DNA from: Clostridia bacterium
Lineage (GTDB): Bacteria > Bacillota > Clostridia > TANB77 > CAG-465
Reading direction: 5' to 3'
Assembly: GCA_017626395.1 (NCBI GenBank)
Contig: JAGAIU010000055.1
Location: forward strand, 21,852 to 85,851
Length of the DNA: 64,000 nt
Of the stretch, positions 27,639 through 37,105 are shown piece after piece. Each line of letters starts with the position of its first letter. The stretch's first letter is position 1. The notes beneath the pieces were generated by a model. It was not told the origin of the DNA, made no database searches, and saw only the letters and a list, made by a program, of their open reading frames with translations. Made by a program: the position numbers and the translations under genes.

Positions 27639-28322
27639 TTATTTTATTAAACTCTTTCTTATTTTTTCTTCTAATTCTTTTAAGGATTCAACACCTGCAC
27701 TTTTAGATAACTTTTCTTCTATCTTCTTTTTATTACAAGAAACATAGTCTACTAGAAAATTTCTGTAATTTACATAGCTTCTTGAAATATAGTACTTTAA
27801 TTGTTTAATTATTCTTTCTTCTTCTGAGGTCATATCCATTAAAAATGGTTCATCTTCAATAGCTTCATAAAGAATTTGAGTAATCAAATAATTAAAAGCT
27901 CTATCTAAAATAGGATATTGTTCATTTTCAATAGCTGCTATCTTATCATTATATACAACAACTTGTTTAGAATTAATACCATATAAATAAGTATATTTTT
28001 TAGTATGCTTACTTATCTTTTTAGGATTTAAACTTTTTCTAGATATTATCTTAATTGTATTCATATATATTTGAATAAGATATACTTTTTTAGAAATTTT
28101 AGCTAAATTTAAAACAGGAAATATCTCAAGTACTATTCCAGATTTGATAACAGGATTTCTAAATATAATTTTAGAATCACCTTTTAGCTTTATACACTTC
28201 TTTTCAACAGTGTGCATATAAGTATCAAATTCGTTTTCTATCGTCTCTTGATTTTTATCATAAAAATATATATTTGTTCCGTTTATATATCTATCCATTC
28301 TTTCTATATCTTTATTTTTCAA
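27639..28322 (-). CDS. hypothetical protein, probably C-terminal part of a split gene
   Basis: 227-codon ORF with TTG start and no clear SD; overlaps upstream ORF in +1 frame. Confidence 0.55.
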   Translation of the reverse strand: MKNKDIERMDRYINGTNIYFYDKNQETIENEFDTYMHTVEKKCIKLKGDSKIIFRNPVIKSGIVLEIFPVLNLAKISKKVYLIQIYMNTIKIISRKSLNPKKISKHTKKYTYLYGINSKQVVVYNDKIAAIENEQYPILDRAFNYLITQILYEAIEDEPFLMDMTSEEERIIKQLKYYISRSYVNYRNFLVDYVSCNKKKIEEKLSKSAGVESLKELEEKIRKSLIK

Positions 28323-28488
28323 ATCTATTCCGATATCTAAAAAAGCTTAATACTTCTTGCATTTTTAATTTAACTTCTTTTTGTGTATATTGTATAGGTG
28401 CTGGTAATAATTTCCCTTTATGGAATATATTATTCCACATCCTTTTTAAGAAACATTGTTTCTCACTATTTTTATAACTAATACTCAT
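28312..28488 (-). CDS. 58-aa ORF, probably N-terminal part of a split gene (not in ORF track)
   Basis: AGGAGGTG SD, MSISYKNSEKQCFLKRMWNNIFHKGKLLPAPIQ...FFRYRNRFEK*; promoter TTTACA-N17-TATAAT at 28571-28543. Confidence 0.65.
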   Translation of the reverse strand: MSISYKNSEKQCFLKRMWNNIFHKGKLLPAPIQYTQKEVKLKMQEVLSFFRYRNRFEK

Positions 28489-28642
28489 AGTTATACACCT
28501 CCTATAAAATTTTATATTCTGCCCTATTAAAAAACTGTTAATATTATATCATACTTTTAGTTTTATGTAAAGTTTTACAACTTTCTTTAACTTTAAGAAT
28601 ATTACTTTTTTCTAATTAATATACTTATATAGAGGTGATTTT

Positions 28643-29620
28643 ATGATTAATGTTGCAATAGTTGGTGCAACAGGTGTTGTCGGAGAAATGTTTTTAAAAG
28701 TACTTGAAGAAAAAAAATTAAATATAGATAACTATGTACTACTTGCATCTAGCCGTTCTAAAGGTAAAAAAATAATGTTTATGGGAAAAGAGCATATTGT
28801 TGAAGAACTCACAGAGCACTCTTTTGATAATAATAGATTTCAGTATGCACTATTTTCAGCAGGTGCTTCTACTGCAGAGAAATATGCTAAAATAGCTGCT
28901 CAAAATGGATGTATAGTAATAGACAATAGTTCTTGTTTTAGAATGGATAAAAGTGTTCCTTTAGTTGTTCCACAAGTAAATATGGAAGATGCTTATGAGC
29001 ATTTTAACATTATATCTAATCCAAACTGTTCTACTATTCAAGCAGTAGTACCACTTAAAGTTTTAGATGATAAATATAAATTAAAAAGAGTTATATACTC
29101 TACTTACCAAGCTGTATCTGGTGCTGGTAAAAAAGGAATAGATGATTTAGAAAATAATACTACAAATAAATTTCCTTATCCTATTGTAAATAATTGTTTA
29201 CCACATATAGATGTATTTTTAGATAATGGTTATACAAAAGAAGAAATGAAAATGATTGAAGAAACAAGAAAAATATTAAAAAAACCAAAGCTTGCTATTA
29301 CAGCAACTTGTGTAAGAGTACCTACTCTTAATTGTCACTGTGAAAGCATTACTGTAGAACTTGAAAATGACTTTAAAATTGAAGATATAAAAACATTGCT
29401 AAATAATAGTTCTGGTATAATAGTATTAGATGATCCAAAAAGAGAAATTTATCCAATTAATACTTTTGTAAATGGTACAGATGAAGTTTATGTTGGTAGA
29501 ATACGTAGAGACTTTAGTGTAGAAAATGGAATTAATTTTTGGTGTGTAGCAGATAATATTAGAAAAGGAGCTGCATCTAATGCAGTAGAAATTTTAGAAA
29601 ATCTATTAAATAACAAATAA
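28643..29620 (+). CDS. asd: aspartate-semialdehyde dehydrogenase
   Basis: VGATGVVG, IDNSS, SNPNCST, TYQAVSGAG, ATCVRVP, DNIRKGAA. Confidence 0.97.
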   Translation: MINVAIVGATGVVGEMFLKVLEEKKLNIDNYVLLASSRSKGKKIMFMGKEHIVEELTEHSFDNNRFQYALFSAGASTAEKYAKIAAQNGCIVIDNSSCFRMDKSVPLVVPQVNMEDAYEHFNIISNPNCSTIQAVVPLKVLDDKYKLKRVIYSTYQAVSGAGKKGIDDLENNTTNKFPYPIVNNCLPHIDVFLDNGYTKEEMKMIEETRKILKKPKLAITATCVRVPTLNCHCESITVELENDFKIEDIKTLLNNSSGIIVLDDPKREIYPINTFVNGTDEVYVGRIRRDFSVENGINFWCVADNIRKGAASNAVEILENLLNNK

Positions 29621-29675
29621 GACTTGGAATTTATCCAAGTCTTTTTATACGTTTTATATTAAGAAGCGTGTGGGA

Positions 29676-31589
29676 CTATCTTCCGCCGCCACCGCCGCCT
29701 CCTCCTCCGCCGCCACCGCCGCCAGAGAATCCGCCACCGCCACCAGAACCTGATGAGCTAGCAGATGCAATTGACGAACTAACCGCGTTAGAGAAGCTAC
29801 TGCTAAAGTTTGTATGTGTAGCAATATACATAGTTGAATATCCTCTTGTATTAAAGTAAGTATCATCGTTAAGTTCAGGATATACAAGTTTTAATTGTTT
29901 AATAACTTTATCTGCTATTCCAAATACAGTTGCATAAACTAAGTATTTTTCCCAAACTACAATAGATGGTAATTCTTTATCTTTAAGTAAAGAAAAATCT
30001 TCCATATATTTCTTTAATCCTTGCCATTTATCTATTTCATCTACACCTTTTTGTGTAAACACATTTAATTTGTTCATAGCTATTATAGAAAGTACTATAT
30101 CAATAGCACCAACTATTGCATATGCAATTACAATGTACAACATATATGCTGGTAAACTTGCTTCCATTGCTGCAAACATTGGAATACCAAACATTAGAAC
30201 AAATATTACTGAAAAGATATTAAAAGAAAGTGAGTCTCTTTTCTTTATTTCGGCTTTATCTTGATAATCATTTTCTTTTAAGAATTTTTTAATTGAGCTT
30301 GTTACACCTGTTACTAAACTAGTTACAGCAGATGTATGTCCTTCAATATATTTTTGTAATTCTTTTATTGTTAATTTTGAATCATCATTAGAACGGCTAC
30401 CTACTGCTTTAACAACAAAATTGTATATTTTTTCTTCATCATCTTTTAAAGGCCCTCTATCTGTTTCTGTTGGATTTAAAGAGATAGAAATTGTTTCTTT
30501 TCCCTTTTCATTTTTTTCAACTTCAAACTTAATATATTTCTTTAAATTAAGATTCATTAAAGTAGCTGAAAAAATTGGTCCTAAATTTATATTAGTAGGT
30601 TCAACAGTTTTTGAAATTAATACACTAGCTTCTGCTGGAGTTGCATCTTCTCTAGGTAAATCTCTAAAATAATCCACATCTATAACAGGTTTTCTTTTAG
30701 GTTGTGTATTTTTTAATATTTTAATTACAGAGCTAAGTTGAAAGAATCCTATAATACCTGCTACTATTGAAGTAACTATTGCTATTACAGTTTGAACAAT
30801 TCTTCTAAATCTTCTTTTTATATTAGCTTCATTTGCCCATTCTGTTTCTTCTTCAATTATTGAGTCTAATACAAATCTATTATCTTTTCTACCAGAATTT
30901 TCGATTATATCCTTTGGGAATGTTGATCTTATCTCAACCATGTCTCCAGCAAGAATATTTTGTAATTCAAACTCTATTGTTCCTTCTTCATCTACTTCAA
31001 TAATTCCATTTAAAGAATCAGTATGTCCCCATACCTTTACATCTTCTTTAGCTAGATTTGCACCTTTGAAAGTAACAGTTCCACTTATTTGTTCAATAGG
31101 CACTTCAAAGTCATCACCTATTAGCTGCCAATATAGTTCTGCACAATCACCATGAATTGCGATTGCATCAGTTACAGTATACTCTACTCTATATTTTCTT
31201 CTATCAGATTCTCCATACAAATCTACTCCCCAAGCTATTTCAAAGTCTCCAGAACTATTTTCAAGTCCAAAATAACATTTAGGAGTGACTTTGTACATGT
31301 AATTATATATTTCTCTAAAACTTACATTATCTGTTAAATCTTTTACTTTAACGTCTGTAATTTCTGTAAATTTAGATGAATCCATTATAAAAGTTTTATA
31401 TAAAGTGCCTGTATCATATATATCTATATCCCATGTTTCAACAACATTCATACTACCATCTGAATTTACTGTTATTTCATATTTTAAATCTTGAAGTCTA
31501 AGTTCAGAATCAGCAAAAACTTGATTTGAGCTTATTCCTATAAACATGAAAAGCAATAAAAACAAAGTAATTTTTATTCTATTTTTCAT
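29676..31589 (-). CDS. DUF2207 (YciQ-like) membrane protein
   Basis: ELYWQLIG, VKVWGH, WEKYLVYATVFG, Gly/Ser-rich tail SGGGGGFSGGGG. Confidence 0.88.
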   Translation of the reverse strand: MKNRIKITLFLLLFMFIGISSNQVFADSELRLQDLKYEITVNSDGSMNVVETWDIDIYDTGTLYKTFIMDSSKFTEITDVKVKDLTDNVSFREIYNYMYKVTPKCYFGLENSSGDFEIAWGVDLYGESDRRKYRVEYTVTDAIAIHGDCAELYWQLIGDDFEVPIEQISGTVTFKGANLAKEDVKVWGHTDSLNGIIEVDEEGTIEFELQNILAGDMVEIRSTFPKDIIENSGRKDNRFVLDSIIEEETEWANEANIKRRFRRIVQTVIAIVTSIVAGIIGFFQLSSVIKILKNTQPKRKPVIDVDYFRDLPREDATPAEASVLISKTVEPTNINLGPIFSATLMNLNLKKYIKFEVEKNEKGKETISISLNPTETDRGPLKDDEEKIYNFVVKAVGSRSNDDSKLTIKELQKYIEGHTSAVTSLVTGVTSSIKKFLKENDYQDKAEIKKRDSLSFNIFSVIFVLMFGIPMFAAMEASLPAYMLYIVIAYAIVGAIDIVLSIIAMNKLNVFTQKGVDEIDKWQGLKKYMEDFSLLKDKELPSIVVWEKYLVYATVFGIADKVIKQLKLVYPELNDDTYFNTRGYSTMYIATHTNFSSSFSNAVSSSIASASSSGSGGGGGFSGGGGGGGGGGGGGGR

Positions 31590-31655
31590 ATAATTCCTCC
31601 TTAAATTATTTTTATTATATCATAACAAAAATTATAATAAAATATTATATTAGAA

Positions 31656-31687
31656 AAAAGTGTGATGTTTTATTTCATCACACTTTT
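31656..31687 (-). terminator. terminator overlapping stop of PEP-utilizer gene
   Basis: AAAAGTGTGATG/CATCACACTTTT inverted repeat. Confidence 0.7.
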
Positions 31688-34080
31688 ACTTCACCAGTAT
31701 CACCATTTACTATTATATTTTCACCATTTCTAATATTTTTAGTAGCATCTTTTAAACCAACTACACAAGGAATTCTATTTTCCCTTGCATTTATAGCTAA
31801 ATGGCAAAGCATTCCACCATATTCAGTTATTATCCCTGCTAAATCGCTAATATTAATTTTCTTAAATATTTCTTGATTCATATATTTAGTTACCAATATA
31901 TCTGACCTTCTAAGATTTTTTAAATCTTCTTTACTATTTACTATACAAGCTCTTCCACTTATTTTCCCAAAGCTTGCACCAATTCCTTTTAAATTTCTAC
32001 TATAGTCTATATTTATATATTGCTTCGAACATGGGAAAATATCATTTAAAGGTTGGTAGTTTCTAAATGAATTTAAATATATTCTATTTTTGCTTACCAT
32101 TTTCTTAATTTGATCTACATTTTCAGAATCGACTGGATTAATTATATACTTATATTCTAAATTAAAGATATCTTCTTCACTATCTATTATAAATTTAGAT
32201 TTATATATTTTACCTAACTCTATCATATATTTTCTTAATATATTTTGGGCCATTAAAATTAAATCTTTTAATGAATTTTTTCTTTTTATTAAATCACGTA
32301 TAAAATCTATATCTTTAAATATTCCTTTTACTTGCGATTTTTTTGCATTTTCTTTAATTTTATCTAAAGTCATCTCATAAACTTTATTTTGTTGTTTTAA
32401 TTTTCTTAGCGGATCGAATTTATCATCCAGCTCTAGTATATCTCTATACATTTTTATTACCCTAAGAATTTCTTCATCATATGCTTTATATATAATATCT
32501 GTTTCGTTAAATGAATGATATCCATATGTATCTATAAAATCTGTTAAGAAATCCTTAATTAATGGATTTTCTCTATCTTTTCTATATAGATAATATATTT
32601 CTGCATCTAAATTTGATTCAAAGAATTTTAATCTTTTCGCATCAGTTCTTATTCTTCTTGATGAATCCCACATATGTAAGGTTGGTCCATTCTCATATTT
32701 ATCATCTACACCTTCAAAAAGATTTTTAATTTCAGCTTTATTTAGTATCCCTTCTAAAGAATCATTTATATTTACTTGATACAAGAAATTTATATAACTT
32801 TGCCATGTATATATACTTTTTATATCATATAACATATTAATTGCTTTAATTAGGTTATCCATTAGTTGTTTTTCATTTTCCAATGTATTTAATTCTTGCC
32901 TTAAAGTACTTATTTCTTGAAGTTTAGCTGTTCTAAATTCTTCTATATTAACAAGTTGCTTTTTAACTAAATCCATTACATTTTTCTTTGCAAAAATGTT
33001 AATTTTCTTCTTACTACTTAAATTTTCCTTTCCATTATCTAAATAATCTATTTTAACATCAAGTAGCTCATCTATATTTCTTTCAACATATCCAGGTACA
33101 TTTTCTAATACTTTCTTTAACAATGTTAAATTCCAATATATTCTAGAAAATTTAAAATCTACAATAGGCTTTAATATTTCAGTATCATTCATTATTTTTA
33201 AAGCTTTTATAAAACTAATGGTTGTTGTATTGTATACTTTTTCATCTAACGACCACATAAATCTAGACTCTATTGGTGTGGTATTTGTAAATCTATGATA
33301 TACATCCTTGTTTTCTACTCTAGTGATTGGTCTTATTTGAAATATGTATAATTTTGAGTCATACACTCCAAATTCAACATCTATTGGAAATCCCACTTCT
33401 TGTTGTAAATTTAAAGATATATTAATTATTCTTTTTATTGAAGTTTCGCCAAGTAAATTTATTTTAGGTTCTTCAATATATTTTTCTTCTACCCAATCGT
33501 ATACAATTCTTTCTGGAACAGCTTTTCCGGTTACAACTTCTCCTGCTCCTTTAGAAAATTCAACTACTATTTGAGTATCTTTTCCGTTAGTTGGATTAAC
33601 TGTAAATAGTATTCCACTAACGTTACTTTCTATCATTTCTTGAACAATTACGTTCATTTCTATCTTACTTATATCTATTTTATTCTTTCTATAAAATTGT
33701 AAATTATCTTGACTATATAATGACAAGAAACAACTTTTAATTTTATCTTTTATACATTCTTTATCTGCTACTACATTTAAGAAGGTAACAAATCTACCCG
33801 CAAGAGATATGTTTCTACAATCCTCTATATTTGCACTACTTCTTATTGCATATTGTTTATCTTTAGGAAGAATAGATAATATTCTATCTACCAACTCATC
33901 TGGTATTTCTATTTTATCTATTGTTTCAAAATTTAATTTTTGTAGTTTTATAATATTTTTAAATTCTTCAAAATCGATTACTACACCTAAAGGTATATTA
34001 TATCCTTTAGATTTTAGAATAGATAAATATTTAGCTTTATTTCCACAGTTCTCTATAACTTTATCTCCTAATTTATACAT
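31678..34080 (-). CDS. PEP-synthase/rifampin-phosphotransferase-like dikinase (ATP-grasp + helical + His-swivel)
   Basis: GNKA, AIRSSANIED...SLAG, VIVQEMI, SGILFTVNP, DVEF, FQIRPIT; C-terminal TEYGGMLCHLAINARE..IPCVVG. Confidence 0.82.
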   Translation of the reverse strand: MYKLGDKVIENCGNKAKYLSILKSKGYNIPLGVVIDFEEFKNIIKLQKLNFETIDKIEIPDELVDRILSILPKDKQYAIRSSANIEDCRNISLAGRFVTFLNVVADKECIKDKIKSCFLSLYSQDNLQFYRKNKIDISKIEMNVIVQEMIESNVSGILFTVNPTNGKDTQIVVEFSKGAGEVVTGKAVPERIVYDWVEEKYIEEPKINLLGETSIKRIINISLNLQQEVGFPIDVEFGVYDSKLYIFQIRPITRVENKDVYHRFTNTTPIESRFMWSLDEKVYNTTTISFIKALKIMNDTEILKPIVDFKFSRIYWNLTLLKKVLENVPGYVERNIDELLDVKIDYLDNGKENLSSKKKINIFAKKNVMDLVKKQLVNIEEFRTAKLQEISTLRQELNTLENEKQLMDNLIKAINMLYDIKSIYTWQSYINFLYQVNINDSLEGILNKAEIKNLFEGVDDKYENGPTLHMWDSSRRIRTDAKRLKFFESNLDAEIYYLYRKDRENPLIKDFLTDFIDTYGYHSFNETDIIYKAYDEEILRVIKMYRDILELDDKFDPLRKLKQQNKVYEMTLDKIKENAKKSQVKGIFKDIDFIRDLIKRKNSLKDLILMAQNILRKYMIELGKIYKSKFIIDSEEDIFNLEYKYIINPVDSENVDQIKKMVSKNRIYLNSFRNYQPLNDIFPCSKQYINIDYSRNLKGIGASFGKISGRACIVNSKEDLKNLRRSDILVTKYMNQEIFKKINISDLAGIITEYGGMLCHLAINARENRIPCVVGLKDATKNIRNGENIIVNGDTGEVKV

Positions 34081-34222
34081 AGCATCATCTCCATTTTTAT
34101 TACGATTATAAAGAATTTAATCTTAAGACATTTTCCTATATTTTACCATACAATTCAAGTTATCTCAAGGTGAAAGGCAAAATAAAAAAACTTGAAATTT
34201 ATTTTTCAAGTTTTCAAAAAAA

Positions 34223-34825
34223 TTATATAGCGTATTGTCTTTCTTGTATAGAGTTTGGAACATGTATTCCTCTTTCTATAAATTTATCAATTTCGCTATC
34301 TACAAATGTTTGCGCATAATCATTTACCACACCATATGGTTGATTTTTACTATATGATGTCATACTATATATTTCTCTATATGCTTGATTTATTGTAGCT
34401 TCTTCACCACTTTCAATTGCTCCATATAATTTAACAAATTTTCTATCAAGTAAAGTTCTATCTACAAAACTTTTAGCATATCTATTTACTCTTCTATTAG
34501 ATGTTTGTTGCTCATTATTTATATATCCTGCCATTCCCATAACTTCATTAGATAATTGTTGTAATCTTGCATTATCATTATCTTTTTTTGCTTCTGTTAC
34601 TTTTCTATTGTGTTCATCATAAGATAGTTTATCCATGTAATCTTTTATATACACATTAAAGTTATCTTCTGTAGATTCTGAGGTATAGCCAGCTAATGTT
34701 CTTAACATATGATTTTTTAAACAAACTTTAGCTTTATTTTCAACTTTTACTGTGTCTTTTATTACATCTAATACTCCTAAATACTCGCGCATCTTCTGTT
34801 CATCTACTGCTTTTTCATTCTCCAT
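34223..34825 (-). CDS. hypothetical protein
   Basis: 200-aa ORF with GGGGGA SD and downstream terminator; no recognisable motif. Confidence 0.65.
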   Translation of the reverse strand: MENEKAVDEQKMREYLGVLDVIKDTVKVENKAKVCLKNHMLRTLAGYTSESTEDNFNVYIKDYMDKLSYDEHNRKVTEAKKDNDNARLQQLSNEVMGMAGYINNEQQTSNRRVNRYAKSFVDRTLLDRKFVKLYGAIESGEEATINQAYREIYSMTSYSKNQPYGVVNDYAQTFVDSEIDKFIERGIHVPNSIQERQYAI

Positions 34826-34945
34826 TTAATTTGCATCCCCCAATATTTATTAAAAAAATTAGCCTTTTTTGTTAAAAAGTACATTTTTAATTATAGCATT
34901 TTTTTCTTGGTATTGCAACATTTTTTAAAATTTTATTTAAAGAAT

Positions 34946-36040
34946 TTACGCATTTGATTTGCTTTTTTGAAGCATTTTAAAAAACACCAACAGTATTGGT
35001 ATTAAGATACAAATTCCAATCACCCATACAAAATATTTTCTAACATATTCTAAAAATGTTATTGTATTATTAAAAAATATATCTGTTATTACTATTTGCA
35101 CTATCCCTACTAAAATAGAATAGTAATTTTTAAATTTAGTTTTGGGTATTAATTTAATTAGAAAATAAAATAACAAACTTAATAATCCAAAGTTATTAAA
35201 GAAATATTGCATTGCTAATATATTTTCTATTCTTTCTAAAATATTAAATAAACTAAATTGTTTTAGTGCTATATATTCTGGAAATCTAAATATCTCTATA
35301 TATTCCATTCCAAGTGTTAATATAGTGCCAATTATTATTGCAATTACACATACATTTGAAAGTATAAATAATTTTAAAATGTTCTTATTTAGCCTCTCAC
35401 TATCTTTAATATTCTTTTTTGATGTTATTAATAACATACTAAGCGGCAATGATGATAAAATAAAATACGTTAATATATTCTTTGACATAGATGCTTTTGA
35501 GGTGTTCAATAATGGCTCTATATTTCCAATTTCAAAAGAATCTGTTATTCCAATAAAGCAAAAAATAATTAAGCCTAAAGAAATTAAAGATAATATCTGA
35601 TTTCCTTTAATTATTGTAGGAAGTTCTTTAGTTGCAACATAAACTATCGGAAGTAAAACTAATGCTTTTAAGTAATTTATTGAAGTTTCTGGTAAATATT
35701 CTGTATTAAAAAAATCTGCTAAACTATATAATATTACAGTTGCAACTATAAAAAATCCTATCCATAATACAATATTTAATATATTCCCAAAAGTTTTTCC
35801 AAACACACTCTTATTTAGTTCAAAAAGGTCTTCTTTTTCATTTTTATTGATAATCCATTTAGTTATACTAAAAAGAGCAAAACTTAAAACAAATCCAATT
35901 ATGGCAGAAATTAAAGTATCATTTTTTCCCTCGTTATACATCAAATGAGTTCCTTCTCCTATAAATAAAGCTAGAAAGCTGGTAAAGATTACAAAACTAT
36001 ATGTTAAACTGTAGATTTTTTTAGAATCGTTTTCTACCAT
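34946..36040 (-). CDS. gerKB: spore germination protein GerAB/KB (APC-like permease)
   Basis: Multi-TM, FGKTFG, YLPET, LERIEN; operon with GerA/GerC. Confidence 0.8.
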   Translation of the reverse strand: MVENDSKKIYSLTYSFVIFTSFLALFIGEGTHLMYNEGKNDTLISAIIGFVLSFALFSITKWIINKNEKEDLFELNKSVFGKTFGNILNIVLWIGFFIVATVILYSLADFFNTEYLPETSINYLKALVLLPIVYVATKELPTIIKGNQILSLISLGLIIFCFIGITDSFEIGNIEPLLNTSKASMSKNILTYFILSSLPLSMLLITSKKNIKDSERLNKNILKLFILSNVCVIAIIIGTILTLGMEYIEIFRFPEYIALKQFSLFNILERIENILAMQYFFNNFGLLSLLFYFLIKLIPKTKFKNYYSILVGIVQIVITDIFFNNTITFLEYVRKYFVWVIGICILIPILLVFFKMLQKSKSNA

Positions 36041-37101
36041 TTTTTTATAACGCCTCCTTGATTTTGAATTTTCACCTCAGCTTCTACTGATATATTTACC
36101 TTATTTAAATAGTCTTCTTCATTAAATAAAGGACTTTTCTTTCTATATAACAAGTTTCCTATTCCAATTAAATCTGCATTATATTCAGTTTTTAATTTAT
36201 CAGTAAAAGTAACAATATAGCTTTCAATTTTTTCTTCTAATATTCCTTGTACTTTTAAAGTATCTTGTGCAGTTTTAATAGATATATTTTTTCCCGTCTC
36301 AGATATATTAGCTTTTACTTCTACTTTAATTTTTACATCTTTTTCATTTTCTAAACTCATATCTGTTTTACATGATATAATTTCAGAAACTACTAAGTCT
36401 TCATTCTCACCTTCTGTGATAATTGTATTTTCAATATTATTATTTAATATATTACAAACGATACTATAATCATCACTTAAAAATCCTATCATACTCCAAT
36501 CTTTAAAGAATGCCATATCGTCTATCTTTATTTTTCCGTCAACAATCTTACATGAATTTACAAGTATATCTCTACCAGGTCTTAACATATCTTTTATATT
36601 ATCGTTAAGAGTTTTTGTGTTACTATTTCCTCTATATCTAGTTGAGGATATTAACATCTCCTTCATATTTATTTCTTCTTCATTAATCGTTTTTATTATA
36701 TCTTTTGAATCACTTTGATTTGCTATAAATAAATAGAAATTATTACTTCCTTCGTTATCTCGTATAAAGAAATCTAACGTCTCCATAAATTTTTCTTTAG
36801 CTATTTTTTCAGACAAAATTAGAGTTTCCATATGTGCAAGATATAATTTTTTAGGAGCTTTATCTACAATAAGTCTTACTGTTTCTTGTACAGACTCTGC
36901 TCCAGCTTCATATATTATTCCTTTATCCGTACTTTCTTTTTCACTAGTATCTGAAACGATTGCATATATCTTATATGTTCCATCTTCTGTTATATCTATT
37001 CCCATTGCTTTTACTATCGCTAAATCATTTAATTCTCTTAAATTTTGTAATCCATTAAAAGCAACAACTATTATTATTAACGCTATTAAATATTTTCTCA
37101 T
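36034..37101 (-). CDS. gerKC: Ger(x)C germination protein
   Basis: RELNDLAIVKAMGID, KLYLAHMETLILSE, DLIGIG. Confidence 0.85.
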   Translation of the reverse strand: MRKYLIALIIIVVAFNGLQNLRELNDLAIVKAMGIDITEDGTYKIYAIVSDTSEKESTDKGIIYEAGAESVQETVRLIVDKAPKKLYLAHMETLILSEKIAKEKFMETLDFFIRDNEGSNNFYLFIANQSDSKDIIKTINEEEINMKEMLISSTRYRGNSNTKTLNDNIKDMLRPGRDILVNSCKIVDGKIKIDDMAFFKDWSMIGFLSDDYSIVCNILNNNIENTIITEGENEDLVVSEIISCKTDMSLENEKDVKIKVEVKANISETGKNISIKTAQDTLKVQGILEEKIESYIVTFTDKLKTEYNADLIGIGNLLYRKKSPLFNEEDYLNKVNISVEAEVKIQNQGGVIKKW

Positions 37102-37105
37102 CTGA

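Noticed and set aside
29668-29859. Poly-proline ORF and GC-rich CCG repeat
   Set aside because: Antisense shadow of the Gly-rich tail normal for DUF2207 proteins.
18908-34214. Two terminators sharing AAAACTTGAAA/TTTCAAGTTTT arms as a MITE or REP family
   Set aside because: Short, AT-rich, different loops and no target duplications; ordinary terminators suffice.
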